In this document: one piece after another, positions 1-7,501 of the stretch
How positions within the stretch are numbered: the first letter of the stretch is position 1
Layout: each line of letters opens with the position of its first letter
Source of the DNA: an uncultured archaeon
GTDB taxonomy: Archaea; Asgardarchaeota; Lokiarchaeia; Sigyniarchaeales; SOKP01
Assembly (NCBI GenBank): GCA_964583985.1
Contig: CAZOYD010000098.1
Location: 1-10,129 of the forward strand
Reading direction: 5' to 3'
Length of the DNA: 10,129 nucleotides
The notes under the pieces: model-generated
Told to the model about the DNA's origin: nothing
Database searches by the model: none
The model's input: the letters and a program-made list of their open reading frames with translations, nothing else
Made by a program: the position numbers and the translations under genes

Positions 1-42
1 AATATTAAAATAATAAATAAAAGCTGTAAAAATCTTCCTCAA

Positions 43-918
43 ATGGTGCTTGAAAAAAACTATAAATTAGGGATTATCTACGGGTTAGGTCCTGAAACTG
101 AAATGTTAACCCAAAAGTTTGTGGGGAATCTTATCAATGATGATAAGTTTTGCAAGGCATGTGAATTATTAGAACTAAATGTAAAATGCGATCATTGTAG
201 AGAGACTTTAAAAGGCCATGCTAATTCAATTTACTTTTATGAGCAAGTAGGTACCAATGCTCCAGATTTCATCGAGGATCCAGAAAAATATTTGCCTCAT
301 AATATCCCTGAGCTCGATTTCTTATTAGTTATTGGTATTCATCAAGATCTACTTTCTGGGCTCCCGGATTTTATAAAAGATAAAAAAATCAAAGCGGTCA
401 TCATTCCCATAGAAGACTCTAAATGGGTTCCAGCAGGACTCCAAGTTCAAGTTTTAGAAGATTTTGAAAAATTTGGAATTCAAGCGGCATTCCCAAAACC
501 TTTCTGTGCTTTAAGTAAAGAATTGAATGAATATAATAAAGTGGGATTTAACACTACTAAGGAACGGAATTACATAGTAGAATTCATTGAATTTTTTAAA
601 ATTGGAGAACCAATTATTTCTCTTTTACTCAGTAAAGATGGTAAATCAATTGAAGATACTTGTGTCATCCAATCAGCACCGTGCGGTTCAACTTATTTCA
701 TACTCCAACAATTGCATGCTAAATACATTAATGATGAAAAAACCAGCTTAAATGAAAAAATTAGTAAGGCACATCATTCCTATCCTTGTAATGCATCAAT
801 GGAGCAAGATAATATATTGAAAGATTCTATCTTACATATTGGTGGTACTTTAGTAAGGAATGAGATAAGAAAGCAATTAAATCTTCCCATAGAAGAATAT
901 GTATATCTTATAAATTAA
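43..918 (+). CDS. DUF166-family protein (Cys-rich, function unknown)
   Basis: 291-aa ORF with ATG start. Motifs I recognise from DUF166 proteins: FIEDPEKYLP, IHQDLL, PKPFCAL, SAPCGST, HHSYPCNASM, DSILHIGG. N-terminal CKAC-x8-CDHC. Confidence 0.75.
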   Translation: MVLEKNYKLGIIYGLGPETEMLTQKFVGNLINDDKFCKACELLELNVKCDHCRETLKGHANSIYFYEQVGTNAPDFIEDPEKYLPHNIPELDFLLVIGIHQDLLSGLPDFIKDKKIKAVIIPIEDSKWVPAGLQVQVLEDFEKFGIQAAFPKPFCALSKELNEYNKVGFNTTKERNYIVEFIEFFKIGEPIISLLLSKDGKSIEDTCVIQSAPCGSTYFILQQLHAKYINDEKTSLNEKISKAHHSYPCNASMEQDNILKDSILHIGGTLVRNEIRKQLNLPIEEYVYLIN

Positions 919-1023
919 TATATAACCATTTCCTCTTTTGGAGTAAGAATATTATAAATAATAATTTCTATTATTGAAACTTATTCCAAGATCTATCACT
1001 TTTTGATTGAGTCTTATTATACA

Positions 1024-1053
1024 TAAATAGAAATTTTTTAAGGTTTCTATTTA
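1024..1053. promoter_or_regulatory. Perfect 10-bp inverted repeat (TAAATAGAAA-N10-TTTCTATTTA), candidate metalloregulator operator
   Basis: Arms at 1024-1033 and 1044-1053 flank a TTTTTTAAGG TATA-like spacer. Ends 22 nt before the ATPase start; SD-like AGGAG at 1064-1068. Confidence 0.45.
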
Positions 1054-1075
1054 ATTAACAATTAGGAGAATCAAG

Positions 1076-3229
1076 TTGAATCTTGTAGAATGTTCAAGTC
1101 CAGTTTGCAGTCTCGAAGACGAGGAGATTGAAGAAGAATCATTTTTTGAGGATCATTTTTGGGCTTTTATAATCCCCTCAGCAATAATACTGACTCTTTC
1201 TATTTTTTTAGAATTTTTTACTCAACAAATTCTTATCAGTCAAGCATTAGCTATAGCTTCAATATTTTTATCAAGTTATGGAGTTGTCAGTGAAGCTATT
1301 GAAGATATATTACATAAAAAAATCACAGCCAATATATTAATGATTGTGGCTGCAATCGCTGCATTTTTTATTTTACACGGTCAAGAAGGGGCAACCGCGA
1401 TTTTATTATATGCGATTGCAGAGCATTTGGAGGAAATAACGACTGAAAAGTCTCGAAATGCCATAAAAGGATTGTTAGAATTAGCTCCCCAAGAAGCGTT
1501 ATTAAAAAGAGATGATTCGTATGAAATTGTTCTTGCCAAGGAAGTTAAAGTTGGACAGGTCATTGGCATTAAACCCGGAATGAAAGCACCTTTAGATGGA
1601 ATTATCATCAATGGACAATCATATTTTGACGAGAGCGCTATTACCGGAGAATCTTTACCCGTATTTAAGCAAGAAAATGATGAAGTCTATGCAGCAAGTA
1701 TTAATAGTGATAGTTTTATTGATTTAAAAGTCACTCGAGAAAGTTCAAATACAATTGTCGCTCAAATAGCCGAAAGCATAAAAAAAGCACAACAAAATAG
1801 AAGTGTGAGCGAGCGATTTATAGAAAAATTTGCTAGATATTACACACCTATTATCCTATTAGCTTCTCTAACGGTAATGTTTATCCCAACTCTCATCTTT
1901 AATCAAAATTTTAATGAATGGTTTTACAGGGGTTTGGTGTTATTAGTAGTTTCTTGTCCGTGTGCTTTAACGCTTTCGACTCCTCTTGCAAACATTACTG
2001 CTCTGACAAAATTAGCTAAAGAAGGGATATTAGTCAAGGGGAATAAGTATATTGAAAGAATGAATAAAATAGAAATTTTGGCGTTTGATAAGACGGGAAC
2101 GCTTACAGAGGGAAAGTTGAAAGTTTTTGATATTATCTCTTATTCTATCAGTAAAGAAGAAGTCCTTTCAATCGCTGCGAGTTTAGAGACACTTTCTGAA
2201 CACCCAATTGGAAAAGCAATTGTAAAGCAGGCAAATAATTTAGATTTAAAGATTACTTCAGTTCAGAATTTTGAGATCGTGAGGGGGAAGGGTATTACAG
2301 GAGAAATAGGAACCAAAATGTATCATGTTGGTAGTAAACGGTTCTTTATGGAATTATTGTATGATTTACCATCCAAAGAATTAAAGAAAATTGAACAAGA
2401 GGGCACTATTCCAATATTAGTAGGTTCAAATGGTAAATTATTAGGGATTATCACCATACGAGATGTTTTGAGAATTTCTGCTCCTCTTTTGGTGAATGGT
2501 TTGAAAAAGCGAAAATTAGAAGCGGTTTTAATATCTGGTGATAATCAAAAGGTGTGTAATGAAATTAGTGCTTGTCTTGACATTGATTCTTCTAGAGGAG
2601 AATTATTGCCGGATCAAAAACTTGAAGAAATAAAAAAATTAAAACAACAGAGTAAGGGAGTTGCAATGGTTGGCGATGGCATAAACGACGCTCCAGCTTT
2701 AGCTCTTGCTGATTTAGGAATTGCAATTGGAGTTTCTGCTACTGATTTAACTCTTGAAACTGCTGATGTCATTATTATGAGTGATGACCTCAAAAAAATC
2801 CTCACTTTCATCGATGTGTCAAAAAAGACAAATAGCATAATAAAACAAAATATTTGGACTTCCATTATAGTAAAAGTATCTTTTGCGGTTCTTACTGTTT
2901 TTGGTTTGATGACTTTATGGTTAGCAGTGGGAATTGGAGATATGGGAGTTTCACTCTTAGTATTGATCAACGGCCTCAGAAATTTAAGATATAAAAGTAA
3001 ATTTAAAGAGATCAATACTGAAATCTTAGAATCTGAAGCAAGGATGTTGATTTGTGAATCGTGTAAAACAAAAAAATTAATTCCTCAACATCACGGAAGG
3101 GATATGCTAAAATCTGAAGATCATTTAGTTTGTTGGAGAAAATTGTTAAATAGCGATGAATTAGAACCTTGCGATGAGGAGTTGCCATTATTTTGCCCTA
3201 ATTGCGAAAATCAACTTAAACTTTTATAA
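1076..3229 (+). CDS. Heavy-metal-translocating P1B-type ATPase, P1B-2 (ZntA/CadA-like Zn/Cd/Pb), with C-terminal Cys/His extension
   Basis: TGES, SCPCAL (CPC), DKTGTLT phosphorylation site, SEHP, GDGINDAPAL. Lys in the penultimate TM (IIVK) and DMG in the last TM are P1B-2 signatures. TTG start 7 nt after AGGAG. Confidence 0.93.
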   Translation: MNLVECSSPVCSLEDEEIEEESFFEDHFWAFIIPSAIILTLSIFLEFFTQQILISQALAIASIFLSSYGVVSEAIEDILHKKITANILMIVAAIAAFFILHGQEGATAILLYAIAEHLEEITTEKSRNAIKGLLELAPQEALLKRDDSYEIVLAKEVKVGQVIGIKPGMKAPLDGIIINGQSYFDESAITGESLPVFKQENDEVYAASINSDSFIDLKVTRESSNTIVAQIAESIKKAQQNRSVSERFIEKFARYYTPIILLASLTVMFIPTLIFNQNFNEWFYRGLVLLVVSCPCALTLSTPLANITALTKLAKEGILVKGNKYIERMNKIEILAFDKTGTLTEGKLKVFDIISYSISKEEVLSIAASLETLSEHPIGKAIVKQANNLDLKITSVQNFEIVRGKGITGEIGTKMYHVGSKRFFMELLYDLPSKELKKIEQEGTIPILVGSNGKLLGIITIRDVLRISAPLLVNGLKKRKLEAVLISGDNQKVCNEISACLDIDSSRGELLPDQKLEEIKKLKQQSKGVAMVGDGINDAPALALADLGIAIGVSATDLTLETADVIIMSDDLKKILTFIDVSKKTNSIIKQNIWTSIIVKVSFAVLTVFGLMTLWLAVGIGDMGVSLLVLINGLRNLRYKSKFKEINTEILESEARMLICESCKTKKLIPQHHGRDMLKSEDHLVCWRKLLNSDELEPCDEELPLFCPNCENQLKLL

Positions 3230-3257
3230 TTCATTAGTATATTTACTTATCATTAAA

Positions 3258-3342
3258 TGCGGGAAAGGGGATTCGAACCCCCGGACTCCTACGAGACTGG
3301 ATTCTGAGTCCAGCGCCTTTGACCAGACTTGGCAATTCCCGC
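3258..3342 (-). tRNA. tRNA-Leu (anticodon CAG), 85 nt, no intron, CCA not encoded
   Basis: Reverse complement reads GCGGGAATTGCCAAGTCTGGTCAAAGGCGCTGGACTCAGAATCCAGTCTCGTAGGAGTCCGGGGGTTCGAATCCCCTTTCCCGCA. Acceptor stem GCGGGAA/TTCCCGC, discriminator A, anticodon stem CTGGA/TCCAG with loop CTCAGAA, archaeal Leu-type variable arm CTC-GTAG-GAG, T-loop TTCGAAT. Confidence 0.96.
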
Positions 3343-3388
3343 ATATTTGAAAATTCTAAAGTAAGATGTAGAAAATAATTGCATCAAC

Positions 3389-3402
3389 TTTTTATATCTT
3401 TT
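3389..3402 (-). promoter_or_regulatory. Possible BRE/TATA promoter of tRNA-Leu
   Basis: Minus strand reads AAAAGATATAAAAA about 47-60 nt upstream of the tRNA. The AT-rich background weakens the call. Confidence 0.3.
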
Positions 3403-3509
3403 GAACTTTTACCTAAAAAACGACTCTAATATCCGTCAATTTTTATAGCTATTACATTATTATATATTATAATTAGTTACATTGAAAAAACCGTAAATTG
3501 GTCTTGAAC

Positions 3510-4238
3510 ATGTCTAATGAAAAGCCACAGGGGGAATCTCCTGAAAGAAAAGAGCTATCAATTGTTGTCTATCAATTTAATGACCAGATTGGTGATTTTG
3601 AGGAATTAATCATAGATCCAGATGTAAAATTGTCTGATTTATTAGATGATGATTTTATTTTATTATTTGTTGATCCCAAACATTATAGAGTCTGGCTTTG
3701 GCATGGGTGGAACACCACTACCCGCATGAAATTCATTGCAGCGAAGATGGCCCAACCAATAAGAGATAAACATGGAATTGCATATAAACTCACAGCAGTG
3801 GATCAAGATAGTGAAACACATGGTTTTAAAGTCATGATTGGAACAGAAGCGGAAATAGATTATACAAAAGAGCAAACTGGTCCTACATATGAAGGAACTG
3901 AAGAGAATTTAGAATTATTAGAATCACTCTCAAGAGAAAAAATTTTACTAATTCTTGAAAAAGCTGGAGTTCCTAAGGATTATGAATTGAAAATGGTTAT
4001 CGTTAAGAACACAATTTATGGGTTTAGAGAATATGAAAAGAACTATTTGGGTTCTGTTATTAAGGAAAAACAACTATTTCCTCTAAAAGAAGAAGTTGAA
4101 GATGGGTCCTATTTAGCAGAGGGATATACACCTCGAATGATTTTTTCTTATAATAATGTAGTGCTCACACAACTGCTACAGAAAATTGAAGTGGATGATA
4201 GTATAAAGAAGCAGTCACTTAAAGATCTTGATGCTTGA
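3510..4238 (+). CDS. Gelsolin-domain protein (one gelsolin/villin repeat plus uncharacterised C-terminal domain), Asgard-type actin regulator candidate
   Basis: LLDDDFILLFVD..YRVWLWHG..TTTRMKFIAAKMA..LTAVDQDSETHGF matches the gelsolin repeat pattern (LxxxDxFILD..IYVWxG..xxEKxxA..VxQGxExxxF) over about 3561-3842. ATG at 3510 preferred to the TTG at 3498. Confidence 0.8.
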   Translation: MSNEKPQGESPERKELSIVVYQFNDQIGDFEELIIDPDVKLSDLLDDDFILLFVDPKHYRVWLWHGWNTTTRMKFIAAKMAQPIRDKHGIAYKLTAVDQDSETHGFKVMIGTEAEIDYTKEQTGPTYEGTEENLELLESLSREKILLILEKAGVPKDYELKMVIVKNTIYGFREYEKNYLGSVIKEKQLFPLKEEVEDGSYLAEGYTPRMIFSYNNVVLTQLLQKIEVDDSIKKQSLKDLDA

Positions 4239-4240
4239 TA

Positions 4241-4381
4241 ATGAATGCTGCAAGAAGAAGGTACATAAAAAAGAAGAAGAAAAGAAGAATGAGTGTAGGG
4301 ATAATTATCATCTTAATACTTTTCATTAGTATCTTTGTCAGTATTTTCTTTCTGATTCTTGCATTACCGGGATTAAATTAA
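4241..4381 (+). CDS. Small (46 aa) polybasic single-pass membrane peptide, not in the ORF track
   Basis: Translates to MNAARRRYIKKKKKRRMSVGIIIILILFISIFVSIFFLILALPGLN. ATG lies 2 nt after the gelsolin stop (TGATAATG). 10 of 12 consecutive residues are basic, followed by about 24 uncharged, mostly hydrophobic residues. Confidence 0.65.
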   Translation: MNAARRRYIKKKKKRRMSVGIIIILILFISIFVSIFFLILALPGLN

Positions 4382-4406
4382 ATATGCAAGTATTTAATTA
4401 GCCCCC

Positions 4407-4415
4407 TTTTATATA
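4407..4415 (+). promoter_or_regulatory. Probable TATA box for a leaderless or short-leader transcript of the VTT gene
   Basis: TTTTATATA 30-38 nt upstream of the ATG at 4445, which has no SD motif. Confidence 0.35.
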
Positions 4416-4444
4416 ACATAATTAATAATCGTTAGATACGATTT

Positions 4445-5161
4445 ATGAAACTCAAACGAATAGATTTAATCTTTCTAATCTTAATTGTAATTGTCACAAT
4501 CATTTCAATTGATTTAATGCTTAATGAATCACATAGAGAACTAATTGAAAATATTTCTAAGTACCCTCCATTTCAAGATTTAGCATCAGGACTTTTGATC
4601 ACGTTTGTAATATGTTTAATTGGTAATTTAATTCCGTTTCCCACTCCCTACACATTTGTAGTTTGTTTTAGTGCGGCTCCCTTTTTATCATTAAATATTT
4701 ACGTGCCCTTATTGATTGCTTTAATTGCTAGTTTAGGATGTTTAATTGGTGAATTAGGCGGATATTTCGTGGGTAGAGGTGTTTCTCAATTGATCAAAGA
4801 AGAACAACGGATAAAATTATCACCATATCAACAGATTTTATTGGAACATCCAAGATTAGCCCCTTTTCTTATTTTTATAGCGGCTCTTACACCCTTAAAT
4901 GATGATTTTATAACAGTTCCATTAGGATTGCTAAAATATTCTTTAAGAAATACTATTTTTTGGTGTTGGCTTGGAAAATTTGGATTAATGTTAATTTTCG
5001 GGTATAATCTATTAAATATTTGTAGTTTTTTAGGAGGAGAAAGCTGGATTTTAAGCATTATTACTCTATATTTAATTATTTTGTTAGTATATCTCTTATT
5101 AAAAGTTGATTTATTAAAATTCTTTAATAGAATTTTAGACAAAAATAAAAAAGAAAATTAA
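4445..5161 (+). CDS. VTT-domain / DedA-superfamily (SNARE-associated) membrane protein, VMP1-like
   Basis: Highly hydrophobic 238 aa. Motifs GNLIPFPTPY, ASLGCLIGELGGYFVGRG, AALTPLNDDFITVPLGLLKY and CWLGK fit the DedA/VTT re-entrant-loop pattern. Confidence 0.82.
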   Translation: MKLKRIDLIFLILIVIVTIISIDLMLNESHRELIENISKYPPFQDLASGLLITFVICLIGNLIPFPTPYTFVVCFSAAPFLSLNIYVPLLIALIASLGCLIGELGGYFVGRGVSQLIKEEQRIKLSPYQQILLEHPRLAPFLIFIAALTPLNDDFITVPLGLLKYSLRNTIFWCWLGKFGLMLIFGYNLLNICSFLGGESWILSIITLYLIILLVYLLLKVDLLKFFNRILDKNKKEN

Positions 5162-5176
5162 TGGAAAATTCTTTTG

Positions 5177-6706
5177 TTATTTCTGGTTGTTTCTTATTTC
5201 AATACCATCCGGTAGAGTAATACCATCGACCATTAATCCTTCAGCTTTTTTATAATCATCAAAAGTTCTTGATTGGACTTCCTTCATGTATTTAAGCAAT
5301 TGATCTTCCATGATATTATCTAATTTATTTGGTTGATGAAGTTTTAGAATTTCGTTGACTTTTTCTCGTGCTCTTTCTATGATATCTTTAGACCCTTTTT
5401 TTTGCCAGGTCGAACGTCTGGATCTATCAGATAATCGTGGTATGTATAGTTCTGACTTCATGTATTTTCGTGTATGACTTTCGGCTAGGAAATTAACTCC
5501 TTTCTTTTGACTTGTTGCTACTCTCTTTATTACATCTAATCCTATGGTGTCTTCATCAACGGATATCCCATCCATCGTTCTTTTTACCATTCCCACTAAA
5601 TCATCATCAATTACTAAAAGTTCTAATGCTTCAACTAACGTGGCTTCATAAGTACCAGCACAAGTGATATAATTAATACCCGCTTGAGCTGCAAGCATCA
5701 AAGTTTGAAGGCGCTCATATCCATTCTGTAAATCTAAAACTTTAGAATCTGTTCCTGCACCAGGTCCACGAGAAGGAATGTTATAGAACCTTGCTAGTTG
5801 GGCTATACCTGCCGTGATCAGTCCCATTTCCACTGAACCCATAGCAGAATTCCCTGATCGCATATCCGTTACGTGAGAAACTGTTCCAAAGAAGATAGGA
5901 GCTCCAGGATTTAAAATTTGGGATAACACTGCGCTTCCTATTATCTCGGCATTAGTCTGAACCAATAAACCTGCTAAAGTTACTGGAGCTGAACTTCCCG
6001 CGATAGCTTCAGGAGCGATAATGGTAGGCTGTTTATATTTTGTGAAAATAGCAAACCCATTTGTCATTAGAATTGGCAAGTGAAGCGGGGAAGTTGGATT
6101 CATAAAACCTATAAATCTCGGTCTTTTAATTAGCTCTTCTTCTCCTCCAACAATAATTGATGCCATATTCATCATGTCTTGGGATGCCAATCTTCCTAGA
6201 CATCCCAACCCATAAGGCTTTTTAGTATTTTTTACCCATTGATAAATACACTCAGCATGAATAGTTATATATGATATATCATTCGGCCATACATCAACAT
6301 GGGAACACACGATGTTCTCTAGACTATCCACAATTTTAATTTGCTCTATTGTATCATTCATCACGCTTTTTCGCACTCCTTTCTCCTTTTTGGGGTCATA
6401 TATCTTAACGGGAGTACCAATAGTTGCAAATTGGGTTGTTGAGGTATTCACTTCGAAGGAAAACGAACCATCGGGTCCGTGCAATCTGAATGAATCTGGA
6501 ACCGTTTTAAGATTTTCCATAACCATTGATTCGGGGAATTTCACGAAACATGTATTATCATCTACTCTCGCACCATTTGCTTTTAGCAGATCTCGGGTAT
6601 CTTGAGCATCTATTTTTATTCCTACCTCTGAAAGTAATGTGATTGAAGCAGAATGAATAACTTCAAGTTCGTCCTTTGAAAAAACCTCTAACTTTTTCAA
6701 TTTCAT
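5177..6706 (-). CDS. Trimethylamine methyltransferase (MttB) superfamily protein, non-pyrrolysine, paralog 1
   Basis: IHxxSxxLLxxVG start, NPTSPL, AGSSAPVTLAGLLVQxNAE, DMRSG..GSVE, AQLARFYNIPSR..TDSKVLDLQNGYE, IERAREKVNEIL. ATG at 6706 is preferred because SD GAGGTGA lies at 6722-6716 and it aligns with the paralog start. Gly at the Pyl-equivalent position; no in-frame TAG. Confidence 0.92.
   Translation of the reverse strand: MKLKKLEVFSKDELEVIHSASITLLSEVGIKIDAQDTRDLLKANGARVDDNTCFVKFPESMVMENLKTVPDSFRLHGPDGSFSFEVNTSTTQFATIGTPVKIYDPKKEKGVRKSVMNDTIEQIKIVDSLENIVCSHVDVWPNDISYITIHAECIYQWVKNTKKPYGLGCLGRLASQDMMNMASIIVGGEEELIKRPRFIGFMNPTSPLHLPILMTNGFAIFTKYKQPTIIAPEAIAGSSAPVTLAGLLVQTNAEIIGSAVLSQILNPGAPIFFGTVSHVTDMRSGNSAMGSVEMGLITAGIAQLARFYNIPSRGPGAGTDSKVLDLQNGYERLQTLMLAAQAGINYITCAGTYEATLVEALELLVIDDDLVGMVKRTMDGISVDEDTIGLDVIKRVATSQKKGVNFLAESHTRKYMKSELYIPRLSDRSRRSTWQKKGSKDIIERAREKVNEILKLHQPNKLDNIMEDQLLKYMKEVQSRTFDDYKKAEGLMVDGITLPDGIEIRNNQK
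6168..6202 (-). repeat. 35-bp perfect inverted repeat, copy 1 (partner 8006-8040)
   Basis: Reverse complement is TGTCTAGGAAGATTGGCATCCCAAGACATGATGAA, identical to 8006-8040. Confidence 0.9.
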
Positions 6707-6722
6707 TTTATTCACTCACCTC

Positions 6723-7370
6723 TTATTTTTTATTGAGAAGTTCTTTAATTTTATGTACGGCTTCAATGCTATCATCTGCCCAAGCATCAGCACCAATTTG
6801 ATCTGCCCATTCTTCCGTAGTAGGAGCACCTCCTACGATAACCTTGTACTTTTCTCGGAGACCTCTCTTTTTTAATTCCTCTATAACTTGTTTTTGAAAA
6901 TCCATTGACATGGTTAATAGAGAAGATAAACCAATTACATCAGCTCCTACCTCTTCCGCCTTTGAAATGAATTGATCAGCCGTAACCTCTACGCCTAAGT
7001 TATATACTTCAAACCCATTAGAAAATAAGAAAGACCCAACTAAATCTTTTCCGATACTATGTACATCACTTTCTACAGTTCCAATAACAACTTTTCCCAT
7101 TGATTTCTTTTTCTCCCCTGCTGCTCTAATGGCAGGATCTAAGATGTCATCAATTGTGGCTTTCACGACCTCTGCAGAACCAATTAATTCTGGGAGAAAT
7201 ATTTCCTCTTTTTCAAATTGGTCTCCAATGAACTTCATGACGGCACCAATGTCTTTAAGAAGTTCAGAAGCTTTTGCTTCTTTATTTTTTAATAATCGTT
7301 GACAATAATTTTTTAGGCCTTCCTCATCCCATTCGACGACAAATTCTTGAATTTTCTCTCTAATTGACAT
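6723..7370 (-). CDS. Methyltransferase cognate corrinoid (B12-binding) protein, MttC/MtbC-like
   Basis: N-terminal cap (IGDQFEKEEIFLPELI), GTVESDVHSIGKDLV (DxHxxG), GLSSLLT, VGGAP. ATG at 7370 (MSIREK) is more plausible than the TTG at 7412. Confidence 0.93.
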   Translation of the reverse strand: MSIREKIQEFVVEWDEEGLKNYCQRLLKNKEAKASELLKDIGAVMKFIGDQFEKEEIFLPELIGSAEVVKATIDDILDPAIRAAGEKKKSMGKVVIGTVESDVHSIGKDLVGSFLFSNGFEVYNLGVEVTADQFISKAEEVGADVIGLSSLLTMSMDFQKQVIEELKKRGLREKYKVIVGGAPTTEEWADQIGADAWADDSIEAVHKIKELLNKK

Positions 7371-7501
7371 TTTAATTCCATTTAGCTTTAATATAGAAAT
7401 TTGAATTAACAAACGTTTTTTTAAAAAAAAGGTTTTTCATTAATTAATCTTTACCAATCTTAAAATCATCAATTATCTAACTCTACAAGCTTGATAAAAT
7501 C
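7371..7501. promoter_or_regulatory. Divergent promoter region of the methyltransferase locus
   Basis: 131-bp AT-rich gap between head-to-head genes, containing the near-palindrome AAACG-T7-A8-GGTTT (7411-7435). Confidence 0.55.

Noticed and set aside
1381-3015. Antisense ORFs 1381-1611 and 2614-3015
   Set aside because: They lie wholly opposite the ATPase and show no independent motifs.
3230-3300. Mobile-element integration at the tRNA 3' end
   Set aside because: No integrase, no duplicated tRNA 3' fragment and no obvious compositional shift in the window.
3296-3312. tRNA read as UCA (Sec or opal suppressor)
   Set aside because: The 5-bp stem and 7-nt loop centre CAG at 34-36, and the acceptor stem, discriminator and variable arm are Leu-type.
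4251-4289. AAG/GAA-rich low-complexity tract as a tandem repeat
   Set aside because: Explained by Lys/Arg codons of the small peptide.
4231-4329. Alternative 32-aa ORF MLDNECCKKK.. overlapping the gelsolin stop
   Set aside because: It overlaps the more protein-like 46-aa basic/TM frame and has no coherent structure.
4241-4381. Small peptide as a class III (prepilin) substrate
   Set aside because: It lacks the [KR][GA] cleavage site and +5 Glu, and has no pilin body.
3663-5142. Antisense ORFs 3663-3875 and 4828-5142
   Set aside because: Shadows of the gelsolin and VTT genes; the Lys/Asn/Ile richness mirrors T-rich hydrophobic codons on the sense strand.
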